A DNA stretch of 64,000 nucleotides. It comes from Pseudomonadota bacterium. Lineage in GTDB: Bacteria; Pseudomonadota; Alphaproteobacteria; Sphingomonadales; Sphingomonadaceae. Numbering within the stretch: the first letter of the stretch is position 1; each line of letters starts with the position of its first letter. Under the pieces are notes generated by a model that was given only the letters and a program-made list of their open reading frames with translations, was not told the DNA's origin and did not search any database. The stretch covers positions 5,072-69,071 of the forward strand of contig JBCDCK010000002.1 of NCBI GenBank assembly GCA_039181895.1, written 5' to 3'. This document shows, piece after piece, positions 1-10,084 of the stretch. The position numbers were made by a program, and so were the translations under genes.

Positions 1-815
1 CCCGAAAAGTCTCGCCGGTTTTTGAGCGCCGGCAGTTTCCGACGGACTTCCTGAATATCATTAAGGTCTATATCACAAAACCCAACACCCGTGACTTCCG
101 CCATATCGAGCAGTACTCGCCCCCAGGGATCGACAACCATTGAATGTCCGTATGTACGCCGACCGTCTTCATGCGTTCCACATTGCGCGGCTGCGATGAC
201 AAAGGCCGACGATTCGATGGCTCTTGCCCGTAACAACACTTCCCAATGCGCTTGTCCGGTGGGCACAGTGAATGCCGCTGGAACGGTCAGGATATCTGCG
301 CCCTGATCTGCCAGGGCCGCGTAGAGTGATGGAAATCGCACATCATAACAGATCGAGAGGCCGAGTCCTGCTTCATCGGTCCGCGCGAGCACAGCTTGCT
401 TGCCGCTGGCATAGGCCGCGGATTCTCGCCAGGAATCCTCCGCATTCACCTCAACATCAAACAGATGTATCTTGTCATATCGGGCCACCACAACACCTTC
501 GGGATTGATCAGCAGTGATCGGTTGACCCACTTGTCATCATCTCGCCCTTCATCACGCAATGCCAGAGAGCCCAGCGATACCCATATGCCGGACGTGGCC
601 GCCTGGTTCTGCACGGCTGAAAGAACGAGATCATCTGATTCGGACCGGATATGCGCCGCAGCCCGGGACCGGTTGCGATCTATCATGCCTGACATTTCCG
701 GTGTAAACAGCATGCTGGCACCACCTGCGGCGGCAGCGGTGATATGATCGCAAAGATCCGCTGCATTCTGTTCCGGGTCCAGGCCGGTACAAGTCTGGGC
801 CAGCGCTATCCGCAT
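1..815 (-). CDS. Carbon-nitrogen hydrolase (Nit1/YbeM-like deaminated glutathione amidase), runs off the left window edge
   Basis: Translated by hand (absent from ORF track): MRIALAQTCTG..FTPE..YDKIHLFDV..LSICYDVRFP..VRRKLPALKNRR, giving the nitrilase E-K-C triad; directly downstream of grxC. Confidence 0.9.
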   Translation of the reverse strand, partial: MRIALAQTCTGLDPEQNAADLCDHITAAAAGGASMLFTPEMSGMIDRNRSRAAAHIRSESDDLVLSAVQNQAATSGIWVSLGSLALRDEGRDDDKWVNRSLLINPEGVVVARYDKIHLFDVEVNAEDSWRESAAYASGKQAVLARTDEAGLGLSICYDVRFPSLYAALADQGADILTVPAAFTVPTGQAHWEVLLRARAIESSAFVIAAAQCGTHEDGRRTYGHSMVVDPWGRVLLDMAEVTGVGFCDIDLNDIQEVRRKLPALKNRRDFS

Positions 816-821
816 GCTGCG

Positions 822-1079
822 TTATTGCGCCAGAAGCTGATCGAGTTGTCCGGATGAGTCCAGTGCGGCCAATTCATCCGAACCGCCGATATGCTGATCA
901 TCGATGAAAATCTGCGGTACAGTGGTCCGTCCATTGGCCCGCTGTATCATTTCCGCGCGCTTTGCACCGCCCAGGGAAATATCGAATTCCTCAAAATCGA
1001 CATTTCTGGAACTCAGCAAAGATTTTGCACGGAAGCAGTAACCACATGTAAATTTTGTATATATTTCAACTTTAGCCAT
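822..1079 (-). CDS. grxC: Glutaredoxin 3
   Basis: 85 aa with CGYC active site, TVPQIFI and IGGSD motifs. Confidence 0.95.
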   Translation of the reverse strand: MAKVEIYTKFTCGYCFRAKSLLSSRNVDFEEFDISLGGAKRAEMIQRANGRTTVPQIFIDDQHIGGSDELAALDSSGQLDQLLAQ

Positions 1080-1154
1080 TCTGGGGCTCCAATATCCACT
1101 GACCCTTCAAATGGGTTCTCACCCAGCGAATTGCAACTGTCACATGCCGCAGGC

Positions 1155-1889
1155 TCAGTCTACCGTCTGACAAACTCTCGCCCAGCACAGCACCGAAACC
1201 TTTTTCGCGCCGGCTGCCTTGAGAACGCCAGCACAGGCATTGGCGGTGCTCCCTGATGTGAACACGTCATCAATAAGCAAAATTTCCTTGTCCGGCAATT
1301 CCGAACATCCTTTTGCTGTTACTTCAAAAGCGTTGCGCACCGTCTGGAACCGCTCGGCAGAGCTCATCTTTTTCAACGGTGGTGTTGCGTGTGCGCGAAT
1401 CAACAGGTCGCTGGCAACCGGACAACCCGAACGCCGGCCAATTCCCCGGGCAATCAGAGCTGACTGGTTGAAGCCTCTGCGCCACAGCCGGGTGCGATGC
1501 AGCGGAACGGGAATAATCAGCTTCGGCACTTCCTGTTCGGTGATCAGACGTTCCATCTGGCCGGAAATCAAATCTGCAATCCCCAGTCTTCCGCCATATT
1601 TTAACCGAATGACAAGCCGGGCACTCAATTCGTCATAGCTTACTGCCGCACGGACGCTGTCAAAATGTGGCGGGTTTGCCAGGCATTGACCACAGAGTGT
1701 TTCGGGAGCGCGATCAAATGCGAAAGGTTCGCCACAGCGGATACATTCGGGACCAGCCAAAAACGTGAACTGCCGCCAGCAGTCCAGACATATTTCATGA
1801 TCTCTGGCAACCGATACGCCGCATGCGGGACAACGGGGTGGCAGAGCGAATTCTGCGAGAATCTGGATGAGGGGTTTGATGAGTCCCAT
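1155..1889 (-). CDS. comF: ComF family protein (double zinc ribbon plus phosphoribosyltransferase domain)
   Basis: Four CxxC pairs, VPLH..RGFNQS, LLIDDVFTSGST. Confidence 0.9.
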   Translation of the reverse strand: MGLIKPLIQILAEFALPPRCPACGVSVARDHEICLDCWRQFTFLAGPECIRCGEPFAFDRAPETLCGQCLANPPHFDSVRAAVSYDELSARLVIRLKYGGRLGIADLISGQMERLITEQEVPKLIIPVPLHRTRLWRRGFNQSALIARGIGRRSGCPVASDLLIRAHATPPLKKMSSAERFQTVRNAFEVTAKGCSELPDKEILLIDDVFTSGSTANACAGVLKAAGAKKVSVLCWARVCQTVD

Positions 1890-1908
1890 TTTTTCTTGTC
1901 GGCTGGCA

Positions 1909-2790
1909 ATGGCAGAGGCACAAGGCCCTATGGTTGACCCATCCGGACAAAGCGAAATATTTGATCGCCGTCGCAGAAGATCCGTCCGGGACAGGGCGTT
2001 TCAGCGTGCAGACGGTCCGGATATTTTCAGTGAACTCATGGTCGAAGCGGTCTTCGACAATTTGAGCCTGGTGAATCGTGACTTCCGGCATTGTCTGGTG
2101 ATGGGCCTCGCGGCTCCGCAATTGGTGAATCGGCTCGCGGACCAGGGAATCAATGCTGTTGTTGCTGACGCCAGTTATGAAGTGGCTCGCGCAACCAAGG
2201 GTGTTCAGTGCGATGAGGACCGACTGCCATTTGCCGACCACAGTTTTGATCTGGCGATTACCATTGGTACCCTCGATACCGTAAATGATCTCCCGGGTGC
2301 GCTGGCATTGCAATTAAGAGCGCTGAAGCCTGATGGCCTTTTTCTCGGTGCCTTTGTCGGGGCGGAAAGCCTTGGCAAATTGAAAGCAGCTCTGATGGAT
2401 GCGGAGGGTCCAAGCGTCTCGGCTCACATTCATCCCCAGATTGACATTCGTACGATGGGAGATCTGCTATCCAGAATCGGTTTCAAGCTGGCGGTGGTTG
2501 ATGGCGATCGGCATCAGCTTCGCTATGCACATATGGAAAAACTGGTCGATGATCTGAGAAACGCAGGCGGGTCCAACCTTCTTGTTGGCAGTAATCGTCC
2601 GTTGTCGCGCTCTGTCTATATCAGGGCCGTCGAAAGTTTTGCGGAAAGGGCAGACCCGGACGGCAAAACTTCGGAAAATTTTGAATTCATCAACATTTGT
2701 GCATGGGCTCCCCATCCCGACCAGCCGGTACCGGCGCGGCGTGGCAGCGGGAAAGTGTCGCTCCGTAAGGCCCTGGACAAGGGTGAATAG
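1909..2790 (+). CDS. SAM-dependent methyltransferase (BioC/NDUFAF5-like)
   Basis: IFDR..DEDRLPF..SFDL..VNDLPGAL..LKPDGLF..AWAP..RGSG; divergent from comF. Start could be 1909 or 1930. Confidence 0.85.
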   Translation: MAEAQGPMVDPSGQSEIFDRRRRRSVRDRAFQRADGPDIFSELMVEAVFDNLSLVNRDFRHCLVMGLAAPQLVNRLADQGINAVVADASYEVARATKGVQCDEDRLPFADHSFDLAITIGTLDTVNDLPGALALQLRALKPDGLFLGAFVGAESLGKLKAALMDAEGPSVSAHIHPQIDIRTMGDLLSRIGFKLAVVDGDRHQLRYAHMEKLVDDLRNAGGSNLLVGSNRPLSRSVYIRAVESFAERADPDGKTSENFEFINICAWAPHPDQPVPARRGSGKVSLRKALDKGE

Positions 2791-2797
2791 AATGTGT

Positions 2798-3220
2798 TCA
2801 GACCACAATCGGGCTCAAGCGCTTCAACTGGGCAACAAGCGGACCATCTGCCGGAGGCATTTCGGCCCCATTCATTTCTTCCGCGACAATCCATTTTAGT
2901 TCCGCCGATTCCCGGGATGCAATTTTCCCGTCCCATGTGATGCAATGATATAGCAGCAGAAGCAGGTGCCGGTCACCCAATGGTTCGCTGGCAAACGCGA
3001 CTGGCTCAAGCGCGGCTGCGTCGACCACAATCCCGAGTTCTTCTTCCAGCTCCCGAGCCAATGCCGACTCGGGCGTCTCGCCATTCTCAACCTTTCCGCC
3101 AGGGAATTCCCAGAGACCCGCCATAGACTTGCCAAGTGGCCGTTTTTGCAAGAGAAATGTGCCTTCCGGGTTCTGAAGAGCAGCGGCAACGACAAACAGA
3201 TATGTCGGATTATTTTCCAT
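2798..3220 (-). CDS. mutT: MutT-type NUDIX (d)NTP pyrophosphohydrolase
   Basis: Nudix box WEFPGGKVENGETPESALARELEEELG; start placed at MENNPTY. Confidence 0.9.
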   Translation of the reverse strand: MENNPTYLFVVAAALQNPEGTFLLQKRPLGKSMAGLWEFPGGKVENGETPESALARELEEELGIVVDAAALEPVAFASEPLGDRHLLLLLYHCITWDGKIASRESAELKWIVAEEMNGAEMPPADGPLVAQLKRLSPIVV

Positions 3221-3312
3221 TTTTTTTTGCGATGTAAGGATTTTGTTAATCCATTCCTGTGAAAAACAGCTCGTTCGCAACCTAGCAGAACTTTTAAGAA
3301 GTTGAGAGGGAT

Positions 3313-3489
3313 ATGATTAAAATTCTGAAGAATATTTGCCTTTCTGATGAAGGTGCGACAGCCGTCGAATATGGTTTGATTGTTGCGTTGATTGCTCTGG
3401 CTGCTTTGGCAGCTATCAGCGGCGTAGCCAATGAAACCACGGGTATGTGGAATGACGTGGCCACCCAGGTGGTCGACAGTTCCTCCTGA
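3313..3489 (+). CDS. Flp family type IVb pilin, 58 aa (not in ORF track)
   Basis: Translated by hand: MIKILKNICLSDEGATAVEYGLIVALIALAALAAISGVANETTGMWNDVATQVVDSSS*; Flp motif G|ATAVEYGL; GAGAGGG upstream. Confidence 0.9.
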   Translation: MIKILKNICLSDEGATAVEYGLIVALIALAALAAISGVANETTGMWNDVATQVVDSSS

Positions 3490-3600
3490 CAGCTGTTGCC
3501 TTTAAACTTTTGTAAAGAATTGCTGACTAAGTTGAGAAACATCGGCCGGAATTTTTGGTCGAAAGGGTAAGTGAAGTTTGTCAAATATAGGAGACCAAAC

Positions 3601-3765
3601 ATGAAACTCGTACGTAAGATGTTTAAGAACGAAGAAGGCGCAACGGCTATTGAATATGGTCTGATTGCTGCTCTGATCGCTGTTGCAGCTATCGTTGCAA
3701 TGGGTCAGCTGGGTAACACCCTGAGCAACACCTTCACCCAGGTCGAAAACTCGATGGCTGGTTAA
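3601..3765 (+). CDS. Flp family type IVb pilin (PilA-like), 54 aa
   Basis: EEGATAIEYGLIAALIAVAAI motif; AGGAG RBS before ATG 3601. Confidence 0.93.
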   Translation: MKLVRKMFKNEEGATAIEYGLIAALIAVAAIVAMGQLGNTLSNTFTQVENSMAG

Positions 3766-3780
3766 TCTTCGGATTAGTTC

Positions 3781-3821
3781 AAAAAAGAGACGGCAGCTTG
3801 AAAAAGCTGCCGTCTTTTTTT
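3781..3821. terminator. Bidirectional intrinsic terminator
   Basis: AAAAAAG-AGACGGCAGCTT-GAAA-AAGCTGCCGTCT-TTTTT between convergent pilin and M48 genes. Confidence 0.85.
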
Positions 3822-3850
3822 GTGCGTGAAACAAATCGGGTCGGCACATT

Positions 3851-5359
3851 TCAATAGGTGACAATCTTGACCTGCTGTCCGGCGCGAAGACCGTCACCCG
3901 AGCGCAGACGGTTCAGGATGAGGAAGCGTTCCATCTGGAAATCCTGATAGGCCATGCGGCTGGACAGGCTGCTAACCGTGTCTCCACTTTTTACCGTCAC
4001 AACATCAATCTTGCGGGGCTGGATTGCGGCAGCGGTAGATGCCGACAGCCTGCTGACGCTCTGATACATGTTCGAAAATACTCCTGCACGACCGGCCGGT
4101 GCCAGCGTCGCGAAGTGAAACGCGCTGTTTTTCGAAAACTCATAGGCGAAGACTGTAACATCAACTCTGCCATTCCGATTGTTCACGGTTCCGATCGCAT
4201 AGGCAGCAGATATGCCGTTTATTGTTGTGCGCTGTATCTCGCCGTAGGATATACGCTGATTTTCGCCTGCCAGGCTTTTGAATGCATTGGCAATATAGGT
4301 GGACATATTGCCATTGTAGCTCGCCGTTGTGAACTGGCCCTGCCCGCCGGAACCGTTAATTGAAACGGCTCGTGCTCCATTTTGCATCTTGAAACCGTTC
4401 GGGACAGTGAATCGCAATTTCAGCTCAGGATGAAGAAAGTTATTTCCCTCGATGACGCCCTGCTTGGGATCGTCCCCATACAGAATACCATCAACATTGC
4501 GGAGGAATTCCGCTCGATTGCGCTTTCCGCCATTCGAGCTGAACTGCCCGGCATTGCGGGCAGCGCGGTCTACGCGTTGCGCCGGATCGGGATGGGTACT
4601 GGCCCATTCCGGAACACCCCGCGCATCGCGACCAGCCACACGGGCATCGATCGCGGATTGTGCCGCCAGTGATGCCAGCATTGTTGACAGCGCGCGCGGG
4701 TCATATCCGGCAGATGAAAGATACTGAATGCCCAGATCGTCGGCCTCATATTCCTGCTTTCGGGAATAGCGCAGCGTAAGTAACTGGCTTCCTGTCCCGA
4801 AGATCTGTTGACCCAGCCGTCCTATCGAGGAGTCTCCCAGAAGCACCGCAGCACCAATCTGTCCGAGCGCACCCAAAATGCTGTTCCTTCTAGCCGCTTT
4901 CTGGCGTTTTTGGCTGTGCCGGGCGGCAACATGCCCGACTTCATGACCCAGAACGCCGGCCATTTCTGCCTCATCATTCATCAATGCCATGAGCTGACGC
5001 GTCAGGTAAACATATCCGCCGGGAATAGCGAAAGCGTTGTTGACGGGACTATTGAGAAGCGTGACGGTAAAATCGCTCCGCGCGTCTCCCAGACCCGATT
5101 GGACCGCAATGTTCTGCCCGACACGAACGACATAGTCGGTTTGCGGTCCCTCATAAGCGCCGCCGAATTCCTTCAAAAGCTGCGGATGGACTTCCGCACC
5201 CTTTTTCTTGTCTGCAGCCGAGATGGTTCGCACTTCACCGCCCTGCGAACGCGACTGACTTCCGGCGGATTCCACTGCACCGGCATCGGCGCCGGAGCCA
5301 TTGCAACTCGCAACCGCCACGAGAGCAACGGTAGCCAAAAGCTTTTGTGTGATCTTCAT
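3851..5359 (-). CDS. M48 family zinc metalloprotease lipoprotein with C-terminal LysM domain
   Basis: Lipobox VASC, NAFAIPGG, HEVGH, YSRKQEYEAD, STHP; C-terminal VKSGDTVSSLS..N..LRAGQQVKI. Confidence 0.88.
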   Translation of the reverse strand: MKITQKLLATVALVAVASCNGSGADAGAVESAGSQSRSQGGEVRTISAADKKKGAEVHPQLLKEFGGAYEGPQTDYVVRVGQNIAVQSGLGDARSDFTVTLLNSPVNNAFAIPGGYVYLTRQLMALMNDEAEMAGVLGHEVGHVAARHSQKRQKAARRNSILGALGQIGAAVLLGDSSIGRLGQQIFGTGSQLLTLRYSRKQEYEADDLGIQYLSSAGYDPRALSTMLASLAAQSAIDARVAGRDARGVPEWASTHPDPAQRVDRAARNAGQFSSNGGKRNRAEFLRNVDGILYGDDPKQGVIEGNNFLHPELKLRFTVPNGFKMQNGARAVSINGSGGQGQFTTASYNGNMSTYIANAFKSLAGENQRISYGEIQRTTINGISAAYAIGTVNNRNGRVDVTVFAYEFSKNSAFHFATLAPAGRAGVFSNMYQSVSRLSASTAAAIQPRKIDVVTVKSGDTVSSLSSRMAYQDFQMERFLILNRLRSGDGLRAGQQVKIVTY

Positions 5360-5489
5360 GCCGAACTTCTCCTTGCCGCATCAGTTTACAACAGCGAGCC
5401 GCTCAAAAACAGGCAAGCTGATGTAAAAAGGTTTATCGGAACGACAAAACGGGTTCTAAAGCCAATTCTGCAATTCGGCGAGCTCGGTC

Positions 5490-6437
5490 TTACAAGGCGC
5501 CCATGGCCAGAAATTTCTCACGTCGCATTTTCCGCAATTCCTGGCGCTGGACACCAGATAACGCTGACATTTCCTCGGCTATCGCTTTTCCAAGATTGGC
5601 AATACACAAATCAGGATCACGATGGGCGCCACCAACCGGCTCCTTGATGATCCGGTCAATGACACCCAATTTCTTGAGATTCTGTGCCGTGATCTTCATG
5701 GCATCAGCTGCAATGTCAGCCTTGTCGCCGGTTCGCCACAAAATCGACGCACAGCCCTCGGGAGAAATAACCGAATAAACGGCATGCTCCAGCATCAAGA
5801 CTCGTTCCGCAGCGGCCAGTGCAACGGCACCTCCGGAGCCGCCCTCTCCTACGATGACAGCGACCATCGGAACTCCAAGCGACAGGCATTTTTCCGTCGA
5901 CCGGGCAATGGCTTCCGCCTGCCCTCGCTCTTCCGCAGACACGCCTGGAAATGCGCCGGAAGTGTCAACCAGCGTTACGACCGGGAGCGAGAAGCGATCC
6001 GCCAGATCCATCAGGCGGATCGCCTTGCGATACCCTTCCGGCTTCCCCATGCCAAAATTGTGCTTCAGGCGGCTCTCCGTATCGCTGCCTTTTTCATGAC
6101 CGATCACCACAACCTTCTGGTTTCCCAACTTGGCAAACCCGCCAATAATGGCCTGATCGTCGCCAAAATTGCGATCTCCGCCAAGCGGCATGAAATCCTC
6201 AAAAAGGCCAGCAACGAAATCCTTGAAATGCGGGCGCTCAGGATGCCGTGCTACCTGAGTTTTTTGCCACGGCGTCAGCTTTGCATATGTATCACGCAAC
6301 AGGTTGGCCGACTTGGTTTGCAATTTCGCGATTTCAGACTCGATATCCAGCGAACCTTCGTCAGCCGTTTCCCGAAGTTCGATTATGCGCGATTCCAAAG
6401 CGGCAATCGGTTTTTCAAAATCAAGAAATGATGTCAT
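5490..6437 (-). CDS. accA: Acetyl-CoA carboxylase carboxyltransferase alpha subunit
   Basis: [46 protein letters not shown]. Confidence 0.97.
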   Translation of the reverse strand: MTSFLDFEKPIAALESRIIELRETADEGSLDIESEIAKLQTKSANLLRDTYAKLTPWQKTQVARHPERPHFKDFVAGLFEDFMPLGGDRNFGDDQAIIGGFAKLGNQKVVVIGHEKGSDTESRLKHNFGMGKPEGYRKAIRLMDLADRFSLPVVTLVDTSGAFPGVSAEERGQAEAIARSTEKCLSLGVPMVAVIVGEGGSGGAVALAAAERVLMLEHAVYSVISPEGCASILWRTGDKADIAADAMKITAQNLKKLGVIDRIIKEPVGGAHRDPDLCIANLGKAIAEEMSALSGVQRQELRKMRREKFLAMGAL

Positions 6438-6468
6438 GCCATCGGGTTAGAACCGTCAGTGAAAAACG

Positions 6469-7368
6469 TCAACGCGAGAGATTCGCCTTACTTAAAGGAT
6501 GCCGGTCATTTACCAATTTCACCAGCCGCGCGCTGTCAACATGGGTGTAAATCTGTGTGGTGCTGATATCGCTATGGCCAAGCAAGGTTTGCAATGCCCG
6601 CAGATCAGCCCCTCCCTCCAGCAAATGTGTAGCAAAGGCATGTCGCAAGACATGCGGGCTCAGTTTGGCAGGGTTCAGGCCCACCTGGGCTGCGAGTTCC
6701 TTGATGATCTGATACAGCCGGATCCTGCTGATATGACCTGTCCGGGAGGGAAACAGGAATGGCCTGTCCGAATCCACATGTTCCAGCCAGGCTTGCACAG
6801 CGTTTCGGGCACGGTCAGAAATGGGTACCAGTCGCTCTTTTCCGCCTTTACCCCTGATCATCAGGAACGGCCGATTCCGGACCACAGCTTGCCTTGGCAG
6901 AGATACCAGTTCGCTTGCTCGCAATCCGGATCCGTAGAGCAGTTCCACCAGGGCTGACAAACGGAAGTCCAATGAACGCGGGTTCTTGACGCCCAGTCTC
7001 TTCTCTATGGCGGAAAAAAGCTGTTCGACTTCCTGGTGCGACAGGATTTTGGGCAAAGGTCTTTGCGTTGCGGGGCGTGGCAAGGCATCGGACGGGTCAT
7101 CTTCGCGAAAGCCCTCTTCTACCAGAAATCCGAAATATCTTCTCAAGGCCGAGGATTTTCTTGCGACCGTGCTGTTCCGAAGATCACCCCAGCCCTGCGC
7201 CAGTTTTTGCAGTGTGTCCTTACCCGCAGCACTGATCGGGCCTGGCGTCAGGGCTGCGGCCTGTTCAAGGTCAGACCGATAGGCGGACAAGGTATTTGGC
7301 GAGGCGCCCGCTTCGGCTGCCATCATCTCCAGAAATCGGTCTATATAGGCTGCATCATTCCCGGACAT
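6469..7368 (-). CDS. xerD: Tyrosine recombinase XerD
   Basis: LYGSGLRASEL, GKGGKERLVP, SPHVLRHAFATHLL, LGHSDISTTQIYTHV; next to accA as is usual in alphaproteobacteria. Confidence 0.88.
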   Translation of the reverse strand: MSGNDAAYIDRFLEMMAAEAGASPNTLSAYRSDLEQAAALTPGPISAAGKDTLQKLAQGWGDLRNSTVARKSSALRRYFGFLVEEGFREDDPSDALPRPATQRPLPKILSHQEVEQLFSAIEKRLGVKNPRSLDFRLSALVELLYGSGLRASELVSLPRQAVVRNRPFLMIRGKGGKERLVPISDRARNAVQAWLEHVDSDRPFLFPSRTGHISRIRLYQIIKELAAQVGLNPAKLSPHVLRHAFATHLLEGGADLRALQTLLGHSDISTTQIYTHVDSARLVKLVNDRHPLSKANLSR

Positions 7369-7419
7369 TCCGGCAATCTACCCCAGCTTTTCGGGCAAAG
7401 GCAATCAAAGCTTCCCTGG

Positions 7420-9285
7420 TCAGACGCGAGTGAGCGCTTCTGCTGCGATCATGCGCGCTTCCGGCTCCATGCCTATCGACTTGAGCGAACGTACAATATG
7501 ATAGAGGTGCAACGGCGACATCGCGTTCCAGTCCCGTCCCTGCATGCCAACCGCGGTCAACAGGGCAACTGTACCTTGCTGCTGACGTCGCGCGGCGGAC
7601 ACCATCGCGCGGCTCCATTTGCTGCTTCTCGACAAATCGAGGCCCAGGTCTTGGGAAAACTCCTCCCGGGCGCCCTGCTCCAGCCGGTCAAGTCCGGCGA
7701 GCGCGGCCAACAGGAACTGGCTCTTGAGCTGCCCTTCTGTGTCGTCATTGTCACCAAATTGATCCAGGTCCGCATAGCTTGCGGCCAGGTTGCTGGCCGG
7801 AACGCCGACGACGAGTAGTCCCCAAGCCTCGCTGCCTGCAGCCACTTCCGAAAGCCAGTTTGCGGCGTTCCGGTCAAATCCGGCCGTCAGCATGGAAGCG
7901 ACAAGATCCGCGCTATGCTCTGACAGGCTGCTCGAAGGCGCAATTTTCGCTGCTGCCTTCGCGGTCAGAATCTTTGCGCCATAAGATGTCAGCGGAGCGT
8001 CTGATCTGGTCCAGAGCGTGCGCATCGCCTCGATACGATCTGATGCAGTTGGTCCCCGGTAAGCTGTTCGCAGAAGCGAAGCCTGAACCTTCCAGTCTCC
8101 ACCCGTATCCGGGTCATCATAGGCCGTAGAATACAAGCCCACGATGGCCTTGTTCGACAATACGCCGATTGCCGCTGCAATTGCCGAAGCCTTCATCCGG
8201 GAGTCGATGGCCAACATCGGGGCTCTTGCTCTCCAGCCTTGTACATGCCGCCCAGCTTGCTGATAGAGGCGGTCCGGCGGTTCGACACCCGTCGCGGCTC
8301 CTAATCCGTATCTCCAGTTGTTGAAATACTGGATGTCATCCCAGTCAATCGTCACAGCTCGGCGGCCTTCGAAGCCGGCACCAACGGTTTTTTCGGCCAG
8401 CAAATAATCGATCCCGGTGGCAACCCTGTTTCGGCGTGCCTGCCGCAATAGCGAAGTCGCCCGGCTCTGTTCCCCGGAAAAGGATGCACAGATGGGACCA
8501 AACATCGTCCAGGTTGGTGCGTCGCTGACTTTGTCGCCACCTGGTACCGACGGACAAATCCCGGCGGGATCGGCAGTTGCCAGATGTGCCTGCATCGCAA
8601 CTTCATAAAGCCTGGGGGTATAATTTCCGCCGTCCACTTCCAGAACGAGGGATCTAGCCGCATCAGCTTCCCCCATCAGCAAGAGCCGCCAGGCCCGTTC
8701 GGCTACCCAGTCTGCGGGATTCACATTGGCAGGACTGTCAACTTTGCTGAGCAGCGTTCTTCGGAGCAAAATAGAGCTCCAGCGGGATAATATCGGCCCC
8801 CGAAGGTTACGAATCAGGTTGGTCAGATACTGTCCGCCCTCTTCACCAAAAGCATCTGTCGGGACACCTCCGGTTTCCGGCGTCAGCACCCCAATTTCGT
8901 CCATGGAACGCGTTGCCCCGGCAGCCAGATAATATTGCGGCCGCAACAAATCGTCCAGTTCGTTCAGATCCGGTTCTCCATCCTCATCGAGAAGGGAAGA
9001 CGGCAATTCCAGACCTGGAGTCCCACCAGGGCCTGTCACACTGGCTGCGGGAGAACCTGGTTGAGTCGAAGGTTGCGCCGGTTGGACACGCGAAACTGGT
9101 GGTGGAGTAGCAGGTGCTGCGACAGGTGGCGGCGCGGGTGCCGGCGGCGGGGCGGGCTCCGGATCGCCAAAGCCGGGCGGCAGCAGGGATTCAGGATTGT
9201 CCTGCCCCAGAGCCGGCAGCGCGACGACCAGCGCACCGAAAGCGGCGGTGGAAAGTATCACCTTGTTCAAATGTCGACGCATCAA
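7420..9285 (-). CDS. Exported hypothetical protein with Pro-rich N-terminus and helical body
   Basis: 621-aa ORF, signal peptide, PESLLPPGF then Pro/Ala tract; co-oriented upstream of xerD. Confidence 0.75.
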   Translation of the reverse strand: MMRRHLNKVILSTAAFGALVVALPALGQDNPESLLPPGFGDPEPAPPPAPAPPPVAAPATPPPVSRVQPAQPSTQPGSPAASVTGPGGTPGLELPSSLLDEDGEPDLNELDDLLRPQYYLAAGATRSMDEIGVLTPETGGVPTDAFGEEGGQYLTNLIRNLRGPILSRWSSILLRRTLLSKVDSPANVNPADWVAERAWRLLLMGEADAARSLVLEVDGGNYTPRLYEVAMQAHLATADPAGICPSVPGGDKVSDAPTWTMFGPICASFSGEQSRATSLLRQARRNRVATGIDYLLAEKTVGAGFEGRRAVTIDWDDIQYFNNWRYGLGAATGVEPPDRLYQQAGRHVQGWRARAPMLAIDSRMKASAIAAAIGVLSNKAIVGLYSTAYDDPDTGGDWKVQASLLRTAYRGPTASDRIEAMRTLWTRSDAPLTSYGAKILTAKAAAKIAPSSSLSEHSADLVASMLTAGFDRNAANWLSEVAAGSEAWGLLVVGVPASNLAASYADLDQFGDNDDTEGQLKSQFLLAALAGLDRLEQGAREEFSQDLGLDLSRSSKWSRAMVSAARRQQQGTVALLTAVGMQGRDWNAMSPLHLYHIVRSLKSIGMEPEARMIAAEALTRV

Positions 9286-9419
9286 TCAGATGCTCCGGAA
9301 CTCTGTACCGGTTTCTCAACGGGTTTCAGTTCCTGCTCCACATCCATCGAAGCCAGCCCGAACATGCCTGCACCCACAAGGATCACAAGCAACAAAATCA
9401 CAACCAGACTGCGTGGCAT
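9282..9419 (-). CDS. Small single-TM protein
   Basis: MPRSLVVILLLVILVGAGMFGLAS..KPVEKPV; stop overlaps the next gene start. Confidence 0.65.
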   Translation of the reverse strand: MPRSLVVILLLVILVGAGMFGLASMDVEQELKPVEKPVQSSGASD

Positions 9420-9508
9420 CTCTAATCCCAACTCTTTTCGACCATAACCCAAATCCGGATGCATTGAGTTTGGCACTCTTTGGCAACCTATGTATAGCCT
9501 TTGCCTCA

Positions 9509-10084
9509 ATGAGCAAAAACATGGAAGACTCTTTTCAACAGCCTGCCGAAGAAACGGGTGGTCATGCCGAACCGGAGATCGCCAGGCCGATTGTTCTCAT
9601 CGGCCTGATGGGTGTGGGCAAGACGACGGTTGGTCGCCGGTTGGCAAAAAAGCTGGATTTGCCGTTTGTGGATGCGGACGAGGAAATCGAGAAAGCCGCT
9701 GGATTGACGATTTCCGAGATTTTTGACCGGTTCGGAGAAGAATATTTTCGCGACGGCGAGCGGCGGGTGATTTCGAGATTGCTGGATGATCGCAAACAGG
9801 TCATTGCCACCGGCGGCGGCGCCTTCATGAACGCGGAAACACGCCACCTGATCCTTTCCCATGCAACCGCCGTTTGGCTGGATGCAGACGTTGATATTCT
9901 GGTCAAACGGGTGGCGCGGCGGGATACCCGGCCGTTGCTCAAAGACGGAGATCCCCGAGAAATCCTTCGAAAGCTGGCGGATGAACGAAATCCTGTATAT
10001 GCGCAGGCACATGTCCATGTCGTCGGTAACGATTCCCCGCACGAAACCACCGTCAACAGCATATTGAGCTCCCTGTCCCAATGA
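9509..10084 (+). CDS. aroK: Shikimate kinase
   Basis: GLMGVGKTT Walker A, FVDAD, GEEYFRDGE, ATGGG, RPLL. Start 9509 or 9521; the ORF-track extension from 9197 overlaps other genes. Confidence 0.95.
   Translation: MSKNMEDSFQQPAEETGGHAEPEIARPIVLIGLMGVGKTTVGRRLAKKLDLPFVDADEEIEKAAGLTISEIFDRFGEEYFRDGERRVISRLLDDRKQVIATGGGAFMNAETRHLILSHATAVWLDADVDILVKRVARRDTRPLLKDGDPREILRKLADERNPVYAQAHVHVVGNDSPHETTVNSILSSLSQ

Noticed and set aside
3220-3228. T9 tract at the mutT start as a phase-variation switch
   Set aside because: Short, includes the start codon's own base and lies in AT-rich promoter DNA; no support without read data.
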